Below, piece by piece: positions 1 through 9,223 of a stretch of DNA of 34,615 nucleotides. The translations under genes were made by a program, and so were the position numbers. The stretch lies in the IMG/VR virus record IMGVR_UViG_3300031418_000062; one strand, written 5' to 3'. The stretch comes from a virus. Under the pieces are notes generated by a model. That model was not told where the DNA came from. It searched no databases and saw only the letters and a program-made list of their open reading frames with translations. Position 1 is the first letter of the stretch. Each line of letters begins with the position of its first letter.

Positions 1-127
1 TGATCTGCTGGTGTTGAGTCTACAAGGGAGGCTGTGGCCTCCCGTACCTTGTGCGCCGCGCTTGCGCGGGGCAGTCTGGTTCTATTCTCCAGGCTGAACA
101 ACGGCCGGCCGGCCTGAAGTGGCGCGC
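1..127. repeat. Terminal exact repeat, copy 1 (identical to 34489-34615); circular-assembly overlap
   Basis: The first 127 nt (tgatctgctggtgttgagtc...ggcctgaagtggcgcgc) are repeated base-for-base as the last 127 nt. A length of 127 is a common de Bruijn k-mer size. Confidence 0.95.
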
Positions 128-290
128 TGCGCGCGCATAAGAAAACCTACGCTTAGGGGGGACCCGTCCCCCCTGAGACCCCCCAGGGGTAGAAAGAGAA
201 GGAAACCGGCTGAAACCCGCATGGATGCTAGAGGCGACCGCAAGAATTTGGAGGATGACCGAAAATTTTTTGCACAAGTATGCAAACCTT

Positions 291-351
291 AGTGCTTATT
301 CTTTCGGTGAAACCCATAGGCGGTTTGACTTCGACCGAAAGAATAAGCACT
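291..351. promoter_or_regulatory. 18-bp perfect inverted repeat (agtgcttattctttcggt / accgaaagaataagcact, 25-bp spacer) upstream of the RepL-like gene
   Basis: Arms at 291-308 and 334-351 are exact reverse complements. The direct repeat ATAGGCGGT occurs at 316-324 and 363-371. A second inverted repeat, cggtgat/atcaccg, lies at 368-391. All of these sit within 120 bp of the ATG at 412. Confidence 0.6.
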
Positions 352-411
352 TAACTTTTCGGATAGGCGGTGATATGATCCGCTCATCACCGAAAAAATA
401 AGGTCAAAAAA

Positions 412-1020
412 GTGGCAAACAAAAGAGAACATAACGTCGCTTCTGCGCGCACCGGCCCCAGCCTCAAGAGCCTGACGTACTCGGCGGACCATAATCCGCT
501 CCTCAAGCCGAACAGCATCGAGATCAAGCGGCGCAAGGTACAGACCGGCGTGCGCGAGGATCTGACGGCCCCCGGCGAGGTGCGTGTGTCGGCCATCCAT
601 CAGATCATCGAGAAGGACGACGCCGAGTTCGTAAAGGTGTTTGCCGAAGGCGTCAAGGCTATGTTTGGCTTGAGCCGGACGGCCTACCGGGTGTTCCAGC
701 TGGTCCTGGCCAAGTACCAGGACGAGCCGATGGTTGGCGGCTATGCCGATTCGGTCTACCTGGCGTGGTTCGATGGTGGCCTGTCTGGCGTTGACGTCGG
801 TATGACCGACCGGACCTTTCAAACTGGACTGCGCGAGCTGCTGGGCAAGGGATTCCTGGCGCCGCGGCTGCCGAACGTGTTTTGGGTAAATCCCAGCCTG
901 TTTTTCAAAGGCAACCGGGTGGCCTTCATCACCGAGTACGTACGCAAAACTGGATCCGACGCGAAAAAGCGCGATCGCCTTGAAGCCCAGGGCCAGGGGC
1001 GCCTGGGCATGGGCGAATAG
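412..1020 (+). CDS. Putative winged-helix DNA-binding / RepL-like plasmid replication-maintenance protein
   Basis: 202-aa ORF with good GC3 bias. The central segment FVKVFAEGVKAMFGLSRTAYRVFQLVL...FQTGLRELLGKGFLAP...FWVNPSLFFKGNRV has the layout I associate with RepL-type winged-helix initiators (ending in the 'NP..FFKG' motif). The call is from memory and has not been checked with an HMM. Confidence 0.45.
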   Translation: MANKREHNVASARTGPSLKSLTYSADHNPLLKPNSIEIKRRKVQTGVREDLTAPGEVRVSAIHQIIEKDDAEFVKVFAEGVKAMFGLSRTAYRVFQLVLAKYQDEPMVGGYADSVYLAWFDGGLSGVDVGMTDRTFQTGLRELLGKGFLAPRLPNVFWVNPSLFFKGNRVAFITEYVRKTGSDAKKRDRLEAQGQGRLGMGE

Positions 1021-1028
1021 CCGCCAGC

Positions 1029-1376
1029 ATGCCCGATCAAGTCACTCTCCTGTTTGAGGACCAGGGGCGGCCGCTGCCGCTCCACCGGCTGGCGTTTCCC
1101 CAGCCGGCCTACGACGGCGCGTTCTCGTTCAAGGAAGTGCATGTGTCGCAGCTCAAGCGGACATTGCCGGTCGCGCGCCTGGTGGACGGCGTAGGCCAGG
1201 ACGTGGTGGCCCCGCTGTACGATGCGAAGCTGTTGTGGATGGAAGGCGGGGAAGCGCGCGTGACTGGCATCGAGATAGACGAGCTGTCGCAGCGTCGAAC
1301 GGTGCAGACCTGGAACGTGCGCTTTGCAGGATGGCAGGACGCCGGCGCCGTGGCGCGCCGGGATCCGGCCGGCTAG
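1029..1376 (+). CDS. Hypothetical protein (115 aa)
   Basis: The ORF starts 9 nt after the preceding stop and has high GC3. Its stop overlaps the portal gene stop on the other strand (shared CTAG at 1373-1376). No recognisable motif. Confidence 0.5.
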   Translation: MPDQVTLLFEDQGRPLPLHRLAFPQPAYDGAFSFKEVHVSQLKRTLPVARLVDGVGQDVVAPLYDAKLLWMEGGEARVTGIEIDELSQRRTVQTWNVRFAGWQDAGAVARRDPAG

Positions 1377-2422
1377 GCGGCTTTGCTGGCCGGCTCAATC
1401 GTGTAGGGATTGAAGCGAACCACTTCCTCTCCCAGCCAGTCGTTCAGCTGCAGGAAGCGCGCCTGCAGCGGCTCGATCTCGTTGCGGCCGAACACTTTCG
1501 CCGCCGTGTCAGCGGCGCCAAACCCGCCCGTATTGCTCGGGACGATGCCGAGCAGCTGCGGCGGCACGCGGTGCGCCGCCAGCATGTCGTCCCGGGTCAC
1601 GTTCTTGATGTTGAAAAACTCGTCCTTTGCGGCGACCTCGGACACCGGGATAAGCTGGATCCCATCCTTCTTGCCGTTCGGCGCGTACATGAACAGGTTG
1701 CGGAAATTGCCGGGCCCCTTGCTGTTTTTCAGGGCCTGGCGCATCGCGTCGACGTCCTCCTCCCGCTGCGCCGGATCCGTCATGTACAGGATGAAGCCGG
1801 CGTGGCTCCCGTTCTCGTAATACTTGCGCCGGAACAGCGTGGCGGATTCGTTCAGCCAGGCCGCGTGCAGCGCGCCCAGGTATTCCGGCAAGCCGTACAC
1901 CTCTTGGTTGATGTCCGGATCCCGCAGGTGGAACACGGTCCCTTCCTGGAATTCATGCGTCTGTCGCCATCCGTCGATCTGGATGAAGCGGCGCAGATCA
2001 TTGGCGCGGCGGACATACTTAGCCAGCGGCGGCACCAGCTGCAGCGGGTCGCCCAGACGATTGTTCCGGCGCTCGAGGTAGCCGTTGCCGAACGTCAGAA
2101 AGTCCAGCGCCCAGGCTTCGAAGGCGGCCCGGGAAAGCATCTTGTGCGGGATGAAGGTCGAGGCCAAGACGTTACGCTTGAAGAACAGCGCCGAGGCGTG
2201 GTGAGTCCCGGCGCGGAAGCTCTTGGCCAGGCCGGCCCAGCTGACCGGCGGTTCGTACCACTGGCCATTCGTCCAGGCCTCCGTGTAGTTGAGGATATCG
2301 GCCCGGTCCAGGACCGGTACCGGATCCCCGAAACTGAAAGCCTCGACGCGCGACGGCGCCGAGGCCGGCACCGCGGCCGGCGCTGCAGCTGCCATGCCCT
2401 GGGCGCTGTGTTTTTTCTTCAT
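1373..2422 (-). CDS. Q: Phage portal protein (P2 gpQ family)
   Basis: 349 aa. It sits next to and is co-oriented with the large terminase, as in P2. Sequence blocks such as FRRKYYENGSHAGFILY and NFRNLFMYAPNGKKDGIQLIPV are typical of PBSX/P2-type portals. Confidence 0.93.
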   Translation of the reverse strand: MKKKHSAQGMAAAAPAAVPASAPSRVEAFSFGDPVPVLDRADILNYTEAWTNGQWYEPPVSWAGLAKSFRAGTHHASALFFKRNVLASTFIPHKMLSRAAFEAWALDFLTFGNGYLERRNNRLGDPLQLVPPLAKYVRRANDLRRFIQIDGWRQTHEFQEGTVFHLRDPDINQEVYGLPEYLGALHAAWLNESATLFRRKYYENGSHAGFILYMTDPAQREEDVDAMRQALKNSKGPGNFRNLFMYAPNGKKDGIQLIPVSEVAAKDEFFNIKNVTRDDMLAAHRVPPQLLGIVPSNTGGFGAADTAAKVFGRNEIEPLQARFLQLNDWLGEEVVRFNPYTIEPASKAA

Positions 2423-4200
2423 GAGTAGATCTCCATAATGCTGGTGTTGTTTGAGGTCGCGCCCTCGAGCGGTTCGTTGCCGAGCGCGTGCAGGGTGGCC
2501 CAGGCCAGGTCGGCGTGGCCGGTCTCCTGGCTATAGCCGGCGGTGTAGGTAATTTGGCGGCCGCTCGCCGTGACGGTTTTCTTGATCGACATGAAGGACT
2601 GCGCCATGTCCGTCCAGCCGGCATCGAATTCCAGGCGGCCGCCACGGACTACAGACAAGCCTTTGAGGACCAGGCGGCTTTTCACCTCGGGCGAGTAGTG
2701 CAGCCCTACCACGCTCGGATAGAACGTGCGCACCAGCTGGTAGACGCCCTGACCGATGCCGGTCTGGTCGATCGCCATGTAGGCGACGTTGTAGCGCTCA
2801 GTGATTTGTTTGATGCTGCGCGCCTGCGCTTCGAAGTCCATGCCGCGCCACTGGTGTTTCTCCAGTACGCGGAACTTGCCACCTGGGACCAATGGCGGTG
2901 CGACCACGACACAGCTGGCCTGGTCACCAGACATTGCCGGGTCGTAGCCGACCCAGACGGGGCGATGTCCGAATGGGCGCAGCGCGAACGGTTTCACGTC
3001 CTCCCACTCCACCCAGGAATCGACCATGCAGCGCTGCAGCTCGGCCAGCGGGAAAATGCTCTGGCTGTCGTCCACGAACTGGCACATGAGGAGGTTCGCG
3101 TACTCCTCGGGGCTGTATTCCCGGCGCAGCTCCTCCAGGTCGAACAGGTCGCAGCCGGAATTGGCTGCATCCTCGACCGTCACCATTTGCCGCCACTGGC
3201 CATCGGCGCACGCGCGGCCGGCCGCCAGGGCGGCGTGGCTTACGTCCAGCTGGATATGCTCGGCCTTCGCGCGGCCGCGGTTGGCGTGGTCGCCAGTCCA
3301 GAACGGATAGGCCTCATGCGACATGCTCGACGGCGTGGAAAAGTAGGTCTTGCGCCAATGCTTGTGCATGGCCATGCCCGAGGCGACCTTGTTCAGATTT
3401 TTGAAGCCTGGCACCCAGAAGTACTCGTCAAAGTAAAAATTGCCGTGGTAGCTCTGGGCGGTGCGCGCATTCGTGCTCAAGAAAATCAGCTCGGCCGCGT
3501 TCGGCAGCACGATGGTCTCGCCGGCCAGCTCGACGTCGGCCGCCTCGCGCGCGAACTGGCAGATGTATTGCCGGAACACGTTCGCCTGTGCCTTGCTGGC
3601 CGATAGGAAGATCTGGTTGCGGCCGGTCTCCAGCGCGTCGACGAAGGCCTCCCGCGAGAAATACCAGGTGGCGCCGATCTGGCGACTCTTGAGCAGGTTG
3701 CGCGTGCGCTGCTCGCCATTCCGGTACCAGACCTTCTGGTAGTTGAACAGCGAATCATGGAAGGCCTGCAGGATCCGGGCCTGCTGCTCCTCCGTGACGT
3801 TGTTGCGCTCGGGTTTCTTCTTCGGGCCGGCATTGCGCGCTTCGATGTTCGGGTTGAGGTCCTTTTCCTTCCCGGTCTCGCCGTACCTGCTGATCCGCGC
3901 CGTGCGCTCCAGCTGGCGGGTGAGCAGGTCGATTTCCTTGTAGTCCCCGCCGGTCTTGCCGTCCTTGGCAATGAGCAGGGATAGCCGCGCCTCGATCGAG
4001 GCGTCGACCCGCTCCACCGTGCCGGCCTTTTCCCATTCGTCGCGCTGCTTCCAGGATTCCACCGTGGCCCTGTTCAGGCCGAGCTCACGCGCAATGAACG
4101 ACACCCGCCACCCCTGGAAGTAGAGGAGGCGAGCGGCGCGGCGTGGGTCGATCTCAGTCTCGGCCGCGGTGGGGTCGGGGGTAGTGTTGATTTCAAGCAT
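2419..4200 (-). CDS. P: Terminase large (ATPase) subunit (P2 gpP family)
   Basis: About 593-605 aa, translationally coupled to Q (ATGA overlap at 2419-2422). Contains a KSRQIGATWYFSREAF P-loop-like block and a C-terminal nuclease-like region. The start is uncertain: ATG at 4200 or GTG at 4236. Confidence 0.93.
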   Translation of the reverse strand: MLEINTTPDPTAAETEIDPRRAARLLYFQGWRVSFIARELGLNRATVESWKQRDEWEKAGTVERVDASIEARLSLLIAKDGKTGGDYKEIDLLTRQLERTARISRYGETGKEKDLNPNIEARNAGPKKKPERNNVTEEQQARILQAFHDSLFNYQKVWYRNGEQRTRNLLKSRQIGATWYFSREAFVDALETGRNQIFLSASKAQANVFRQYICQFAREAADVELAGETIVLPNAAELIFLSTNARTAQSYHGNFYFDEYFWVPGFKNLNKVASGMAMHKHWRKTYFSTPSSMSHEAYPFWTGDHANRGRAKAEHIQLDVSHAALAAGRACADGQWRQMVTVEDAANSGCDLFDLEELRREYSPEEYANLLMCQFVDDSQSIFPLAELQRCMVDSWVEWEDVKPFALRPFGHRPVWVGYDPAMSGDQASCVVVAPPLVPGGKFRVLEKHQWRGMDFEAQARSIKQITERYNVAYMAIDQTGIGQGVYQLVRTFYPSVVGLHYSPEVKSRLVLKGLSVVRGGRLEFDAGWTDMAQSFMSIKKTVTASGRQITYTAGYSQETGHADLAWATLHALGNEPLEGATSNNTSIMEIYS

Positions 4201-4246
4201 GACGGCAAGCGTACCCGCCACGCGCGCGCGAAACACGTCCGAGCGA

Positions 4247-4267
4247 TTGTGCCCAGCGTCAACACAT
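4247..4267. promoter_or_regulatory. Late-promoter activator dyad TTGTG-N11-CACA in the P/O divergent intergenic region
   Basis: ttgtgcccagcgtcaacacat. The same TTGTG-N11-CACAA architecture recurs upstream of V and FI, and the first 13 nt are shared with the FI copy (ttgtgcccagcgt). A second dyad, ttgag-N10-ctcaa, lies at 4278-4297. Confidence 0.6.
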
Positions 4268-4350
4268 TCCCCTCCTGTTGAGCTCGCGCGTGCTCAACGG
4301 CAACATGGTCCTCGTCCCCCCCATCATCGGATTAACGGAAAAAACCCAAC

Positions 4351-5193
4351 ATGAGCACCGCAACCCACGCAAAAACGAAATGGTTCCGTGTCGCAGTCGA
4401 AGGCGCGACCACTGACGGCCGCAACATCGCCCGCGACTGGATCACCCAGATGGCGAAGAACTACAGCCCGACCGTGTACGGCGCCCGCGTCAACCTCGAG
4501 CACTACCGCGGCATCGATCCGGCCGGCCTGTTCAAGGCCTACGGCGACGTGCTGGCCCTGGAAGCGCGCGAGGAGTCGGGCGAGTTCGCCGGCAAGCTCG
4601 GCCTGTATGCCCAGATCCAGCCGACCGACGACCTGGTCACGCTGACCAAGAAAGGCCAGAAGATCTACACCTCGATCGAGGTCGACCCGTCGTTCTCGGA
4701 CACCAAGCAGGCCTACATGGTCGGCCTGGCCGTGACTGACAGCCCGGCCAGCCTCGGCACCTCCGTGCTGACCTTCGCCGCCCAGAACCCGGCAGCAAGC
4801 CCGTTCGCACACAAGAAACTGAACGCCAACACCCTGTTCACCGCGGCCGATGAGGCGGTGATCGAGTTCGAAGATCCGGCCGACCCGCCGGCGCCGTCCG
4901 TGTTCAAGCGCGTGGGCGAGCTGCTGGGCCTGTTCCGTAGCAAGGAACGCACCGACGACGCCCGCTTCGCGGACATGGGCCAGGCCGTCGAGGCCCTGGC
5001 AACCCACGGCGCCGAAACCGACAAGACGGTGCAGAAGCTGAGCGCCGACCTGGCCGGCGCGATCGCCGCGGCCGAGAAGGATCGCGCCGCTTTCACGGCC
5101 CTGAAAGAGCAGCTGTCGAAAGACCCGAACCCGGGCCAGCCGGCACGCCCTGCGGCCACTGGCGGCACCGGCGAGCTGGTCACCGACTGCTGA
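4351..5193 (+). CDS. O: Capsid scaffolding protein (P2 gpO family)
   Basis: 280 aa, first gene of the rightward head operon. The N-terminus KWFRVAVEGATTDGRNI...WI..MAKNY is typical of GPO scaffolds. Confidence 0.9.
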   Translation: MSTATHAKTKWFRVAVEGATTDGRNIARDWITQMAKNYSPTVYGARVNLEHYRGIDPAGLFKAYGDVLALEAREESGEFAGKLGLYAQIQPTDDLVTLTKKGQKIYTSIEVDPSFSDTKQAYMVGLAVTDSPASLGTSVLTFAAQNPAASPFAHKKLNANTLFTAADEAVIEFEDPADPPAPSVFKRVGELLGLFRSKERTDDARFADMGQAVEALATHGAETDKTVQKLSADLAGAIAAAEKDRAAFTALKEQLSKDPNPGQPARPAATGGTGELVTDC

Positions 5194-5225
5194 TATCCCC
5201 TTATCCCAACTGGAGTAACAGAAGC

Positions 5226-6248
5226 ATGAAAAACGCAACCCGCCTCAAATACACCGCCTACCTGGTCCAGGTGGCACTGCTGAATGGCGTCGCCAGCGCA
5301 GCGGAGAAATTCACCGTCGAGCCGTCCGTCCAGCAGACCCTGGAAACGAAAATCCAGGAGTCGAGCGACTTCCTGACCAAGATCAACATCGTGCCGGTCA
5401 CCGACATGAAGGGCGAAAAGCTCGGCCTTGGTCTGGGCGGCACCATCGCCGGCCGCACCGACACCAGCAAGGCCGAACGCAATCCGAGCGATCCGACCAG
5501 CCTGGAAGGCAACGGCTACGAATGCACCAAGACCGACTTCGACACCCTGGTCAAGTACGTCAAGCTGGACATGTGGGCGAAGTTCCCGGACTTCCAAACC
5601 CGCATGCGCGACCTGGTCATCAAGGCCCAGGCACGCGACCGGATCCTGATCGGCTTCAACGGCGTGGACCGCGCAGCGACCACCGACCGCGTGAAATTCC
5701 CGATGCTGCAGGACGTGAACAAGGGCTGGCTGCAGAAGTACCGCGAGGAAGCCCCGGCCCGCGTCATGAGCGAAGGCGCGCACGCTGGCCAGGTCCGCGT
5801 CGGCGCCGCTGCCGGCCATGACTACGTCAACCTGGACGCCCTGGTGATCGATGCGGTCAACAACCTGGTGGGCGAGGTGTACCAGGAAGATACCGAGCTG
5901 GTCGTGATCTGCGGCCGCAAGCTGCTGGCTGACAAGTACTTCCCGATCGTGAACAAAGACCAGGCGAACACCGAAGCGCTGGCCGCTGACCTCATCATCA
6001 GCCAAAAGCGCATCGGCAACCTGCCGGCCGTCCGTGTTCCTGGCTTCCCGGCCAATGCCCTGATGGTCACGCGCCTGGACAACCTGTCGATCTACTACCA
6101 GGAAGGCGCCCGCCGCCGTTCGGTGATCGACAACCCGAAGCGCGACCAGGTGGAAAACTACGAATCGAGCAACGAGGATTACGTGGTCGAGGACTACGCC
6201 GGCGGTTGCGTGGTCGAGAACGTCACCCTGGAATGGGCGGCTGCATAA
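5226..6248 (+). CDS. N: Major capsid protein (P2 gpN family)
   Basis: 340 aa, positioned between O and M. Calling it a P2-family major capsid protein rests on length, position and overall sequence character. Confidence 0.92.
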   Translation: MKNATRLKYTAYLVQVALLNGVASAAEKFTVEPSVQQTLETKIQESSDFLTKINIVPVTDMKGEKLGLGLGGTIAGRTDTSKAERNPSDPTSLEGNGYECTKTDFDTLVKYVKLDMWAKFPDFQTRMRDLVIKAQARDRILIGFNGVDRAATTDRVKFPMLQDVNKGWLQKYREEAPARVMSEGAHAGQVRVGAAAGHDYVNLDALVIDAVNNLVGEVYQEDTELVVICGRKLLADKYFPIVNKDQANTEALAADLIISQKRIGNLPAVRVPGFPANALMVTRLDNLSIYYQEGARRRSVIDNPKRDQVENYESSNEDYVVEDYAGGCVVENVTLEWAAA

Positions 6249-6250
6249 GC

Positions 6251-7003
6251 ATGAAAACGCCCGCCCAACGTCATTACGAGCGCGTCAGCGCTGCATCGAC
6301 GGCCGCGGCGGCCGCGCCTGGCGAATCGCTCGCCGGCGCGAGCCGTTACGAGCTGATGCTGGCCAAGCTGGCGACTGACCGGCGCCGCTTGAAGTCGCTG
6401 CAGTCGGTCGAGCGCAAGATCGTGGTCAAGCGCGAAGTGCTGCCCGAGTATGCCGACTATGTGGCCGGTGCGCTCCAGGGCGGGCGCGGCGCCCAGGACG
6501 ACGTCCTGGTCACGATCATGGTCTGGCGCATCGACGTGGGCGACTACGCCGGCGCGCTGGACATCGCCACCTATGCCCTGCAGCACGGCCTGACCCTGCC
6601 GGACCAGTACAGCCGGACCCTGGGCACCGTGATTGCCGAGGAGTTCGCGGAAGCGGCCCTGATCGCTCTCAAGGCTACCCAGGAATTCGACGTCGAGCAG
6701 CTGTTCAAGGTGGACAAGCTGACCCAGGCCCAGGACATGCCCGATGAAGTGCGCGCCAAGCTGTTCAAGGCGATCGGCTATGCACTGGACCGCTACCCGA
6801 CCATGGCCCTGCCGTACCTGCGCCGTGCCGTCGAGTTGCACGACCGCATCGGCGTCAAGAAAGACATCGACCGCCTGGAAAAGGCGGTCAACGCGGCGAT
6901 CGAGGCCGCCGGCAAACTCCCTGCAGGCGACAGCGCCGGCAGCAGTGCGCCCGGCACCGAAGATCCTGCAGCTGCCGCCGAGGCCTCGGCCGGCAGCACG
7001 TAA
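6251..7003 (+). CDS. M: Terminase small/endonuclease subunit (P2 gpM family)
   Basis: The ATG at 6251 follows the N stop by 2 nt. MKTPAQRHYERV...YELMLAKL..D...LK is a typical gpM N-terminus. The longer ORF starting at 6206 overlaps N and is less likely. Confidence 0.88.
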   Translation: MKTPAQRHYERVSAASTAAAAAPGESLAGASRYELMLAKLATDRRRLKSLQSVERKIVVKREVLPEYADYVAGALQGGRGAQDDVLVTIMVWRIDVGDYAGALDIATYALQHGLTLPDQYSRTLGTVIAEEFAEAALIALKATQEFDVEQLFKVDKLTQAQDMPDEVRAKLFKAIGYALDRYPTMALPYLRRAVELHDRIGVKKDIDRLEKAVNAAIEAAGKLPAGDSAGSSAPGTEDPAAAAEASAGST

Positions 7004-7103
7004 CGAGCCCCTCTGGCCTGGCGGCGCCGGCTGACGATCGCAAGACCACCAGGTCGCCGCGATCCGACGCCGGCCCACCGCCAACTATCGAAAGCCCAAC
7101 GAA

Positions 7104-7574
7104 ATGAGTTTCATCGCCACCGCCCCCTCGAGCACGCCGGCACCGGCCGCCGCGATCGTGACCAATGACGGATTCTTCCCCGACATCGATCTCGACCAGC
7201 TGCGCGAACACATGCGCCTGGACGGCACCGTGACCCACGTGCGCCTGCGCGATGCGGCGATCGCCGCGGTGATCTCCGTCAACGGCGAGCTCGAGGCCTG
7301 GAAGGTCGCGCAGCTGGCCGCCGGCGTCACCAGTCTGGCCGACACCCTGCCCAAGATCGGCGGGGTGAGTGCCAAGGTGACGCAGTACCAGACGGCCGTC
7401 TACCGCACGGCCAAGGCGGATCTGACCGAGCGCTACCGCGACTACGACACCACCAAGAGCGGCGAAGCGAAGGCCGAGCAGCTGGTCGACACCGTGGGCG
7501 ATGACCGCCGCGCCGCGCGCTGGGCGATCTCGGACCTGCAGGGCAAGCGGCGCTCCACCATCGAGCTGATCTGA
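7104..7574 (+). CDS. L: Head completion/stabilisation protein (P2 gpL family)
   Basis: 156 aa, positioned after M. FFPDIDLDQLREHMRLDGTVT is a characteristic gpL motif. Confidence 0.85.
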   Translation: MSFIATAPSSTPAPAAAIVTNDGFFPDIDLDQLREHMRLDGTVTHVRLRDAAIAAVISVNGELEAWKVAQLAAGVTSLADTLPKIGGVSAKVTQYQTAVYRTAKADLTERYRDYDTTKSGEAKAEQLVDTVGDDRRAARWAISDLQGKRRSTIELI

Positions 7575-7780
7575 TGAAGGTGATGACGCAACAAGGCGAC
7601 ACCGTGGACGAGCTGTGCTGGCGACAGTACGGCCGCACCGCCGGCATGGTCGAAAAAGTGCTCGAGCTGAACCCGGGCCTGGCCGACTACGGGCCGATCC
7701 TGCCCAACGGGCTGGAAGTAGAAATGCCGGCGCCGCCGGCGACAACCCCAACCACCCCGCTGCTGCAGCTGTGGGATTGA
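7574..7780 (+). CDS. X: Tail protein X (LysM-like, P2 gpX family)
   Basis: 68 aa, ATGA-coupled to L. GDTVDELCWRQYGRT...LELNPGL matches gpX-like proteins. Confidence 0.85.
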   Translation: MKVMTQQGDTVDELCWRQYGRTAGMVEKVLELNPGLADYGPILPNGLEVEMPAPPATTPTTPLLQLWD

Positions 7781-7797
7781 AACTCAAGGAACCCATC

Positions 7798-8142
7798 ATG
7801 GCAGAACCTAGCACTACCACAACGGCCATCGTGTCGGCGGGGATCGGCTTTGCAAGCCTGGCACCGGGGATCGACGGTAACGCGCTCATCGGCGCTTTCG
7901 CCGGCGCGGCCCTCCTGGTCGTCAGCTCCAAAGACCTGACCCTCGGCAAGCGATTCGCTTACCTGGTCATTTCGGTGATCGTCGGCTACATGGCCGCGCC
8001 CGAAGTGGTCCGGATGACCCCTATCCACTCCACCGGCGTGGCCGGCTTCTTCGGCGCGGCCCTGGCGATCGCCGTCACGCTGCAGCTGCTCGACCGGCTC
8101 AAAACGCTGGATCTGTTCGCATTCTTCAGCCGGGGGAAGTGA
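7798..8142 (+). CDS. Putative holin (multi-pass membrane protein)
   Basis: 114 aa from the internal ATG at 7798, with about 3 hydrophobic helices. It is the first gene of the lysis cassette upstream of the endolysin. Confidence 0.6.
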   Translation: MAEPSTTTTAIVSAGIGFASLAPGIDGNALIGAFAGAALLVVSSKDLTLGKRFAYLVISVIVGYMAAPEVVRMTPIHSTGVAGFFGAALAIAVTLQLLDRLKTLDLFAFFSRGK

Positions 8143-8144
8143 CC

Positions 8145-8411
8145 ATGACGCACCTGTACGCGTTTATCGCCTTCATCGCCTACGCCGGCGCCACGCTGCG
8201 CCTGCTGGCGTACCGCCGCGACGGCGCCCGCCACCGCCACCACGTGTCCTGGCTCGCCTGGATCCTCCTGGTGGTCCTGGGCGGATCCGCCGTCGACGTG
8301 CTGCTGCACGTCCACACCCTGGATTTTTTCGAGGCGGCCCGGGCTGTCCTCCTTTCCCTGTTCATCTTTTGCAGCCGCGGCAACGTGGCGCGCCTTCTTC
8401 GGAGTGAATGA
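8145..8411 (+). CDS. Second small lysis-cassette membrane protein (holin/antiholin candidate)
   Basis: About 88-90 aa with 3 hydrophobic segments, overlapping the neighbouring genes at both ends. Start is either GTG at 8139 or ATG at 8145 (gggggaag 6-7 nt upstream). Confidence 0.5.
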   Translation: MTHLYAFIAFIAYAGATLRLLAYRRDGARHRHHVSWLAWILLVVLGGSAVDVLLHVHTLDFFEAARAVLLSLFIFCSRGNVARLLRSE

Positions 8412-9223
8412 CCATGATTGCCAAACCTGGTGATATGGGCGAGACCGTCGCCCTGCTGCAGCGCCGCCTGGCGCGCGCCGGCTACCCTGTAACCGAAACC
8501 CACATTTACGATCGCGTCACGGAAAATGCGGTCAAAGCCCTGCAGGCGGCCACCGGCCTGGTGGTCGATGGCATCGCCGGCCCCAAGACCATGACGGCCC
8601 TGAGTGGCATCGTCCCGGCCCACTTCCTGACGGCCGCCGACCTGGTGAAGGCCGCCGGCACCCTGGGCGTGCAGCTCGCCGCGGTGCGCGCCGTCAATGA
8701 GGTGGAATCGCGCGGCCATGGGATGCTGCCGGAAAACGGCAAGCCGGTGATCCTGTTCGAACGCCACGTGTTCTGGAAGCAGCTGCAGGCGCATGGCATC
8801 GACCCGGCGCCGGCGGCCGCCAAGTGGCCGTCCATCGTGTCCCAGGAGCGCGGCGGCTACCGCGGCGGCGCCGCCGAATACCAACGCCTGGCGTCCGCAA
8901 TCATGATCGACCGCGCCGCGGCCCTGGAGTCCTGCAGCTGGGGACTGTTCCAGATCATGGGCTACCACTGGAAAGCCCTGGGCTATGACAGCGTCGACCA
9001 GTTCGTGGAGTGCATGGAGGCGAGCGAAGGCGAGCAGCTGGAGGCCTTCGTGCGCTTCGTCGCCCTCGAGGACAACAAGACCCTGCTGGCAGCCCTCAAG
9101 GCGCGGAAGTGGAGCGCCTTCGCACGCGGCTACAACGGCCCCGCCTACGCGGAGAACCTGTACGACGTCAAGCTGGCCCGGGCCTATTCCAAGTACGCCG
9201 AGGCCGACAAGGTGGCCGCGTGA
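8408..9223 (+). CDS. Endolysin: N-terminal peptidoglycan-binding domain plus DUF3380-type N-acetylmuramidase
   Basis: The N-terminus has a PG_binding_1 pattern (VALLQRRLARAGYPV...DGIAGPKTMTAL). The C-terminus reads SWGLFQIMGYHWKALGY...KWSAFARGYNGPAYAENLYD, typical of DUF3380 endolysins in Burkholderia P2-like phages. Confidence 0.88.
   Translation: MTMIAKPGDMGETVALLQRRLARAGYPVTETHIYDRVTENAVKALQAATGLVVDGIAGPKTMTALSGIVPAHFLTAADLVKAAGTLGVQLAAVRAVNEVESRGHGMLPENGKPVILFERHVFWKQLQAHGIDPAPAAAKWPSIVSQERGGYRGGAAEYQRLASAIMIDRAAALESCSWGLFQIMGYHWKALGYDSVDQFVECMEASEGEQLEAFVRFVALEDNKTLLAALKARKWSAFARGYNGPAYAENLYDVKLARAYSKYAEADKVAA

Noticed and set aside
1-127. The terminal 127-bp direct repeat as a biological direct terminal repeat, LTR or att duplication.
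   Set aside because: An exact 127-nt identity at the two window ends is most simply a k=127 assembler overlap of a circular or circularly permuted/cos-joined molecule. By itself it says nothing about virion ends.
4324-6005. Long minus-strand ORFs (4324-5238, 4713-6005) antisense to the scaffold and capsid genes.
   Set aside because: These are shadow ORFs typical of GC-rich DNA. Their translations are Arg/Gly/Ala/Val-rich with no motifs, and the plus-strand genes have clear P2 homology and operon coupling.
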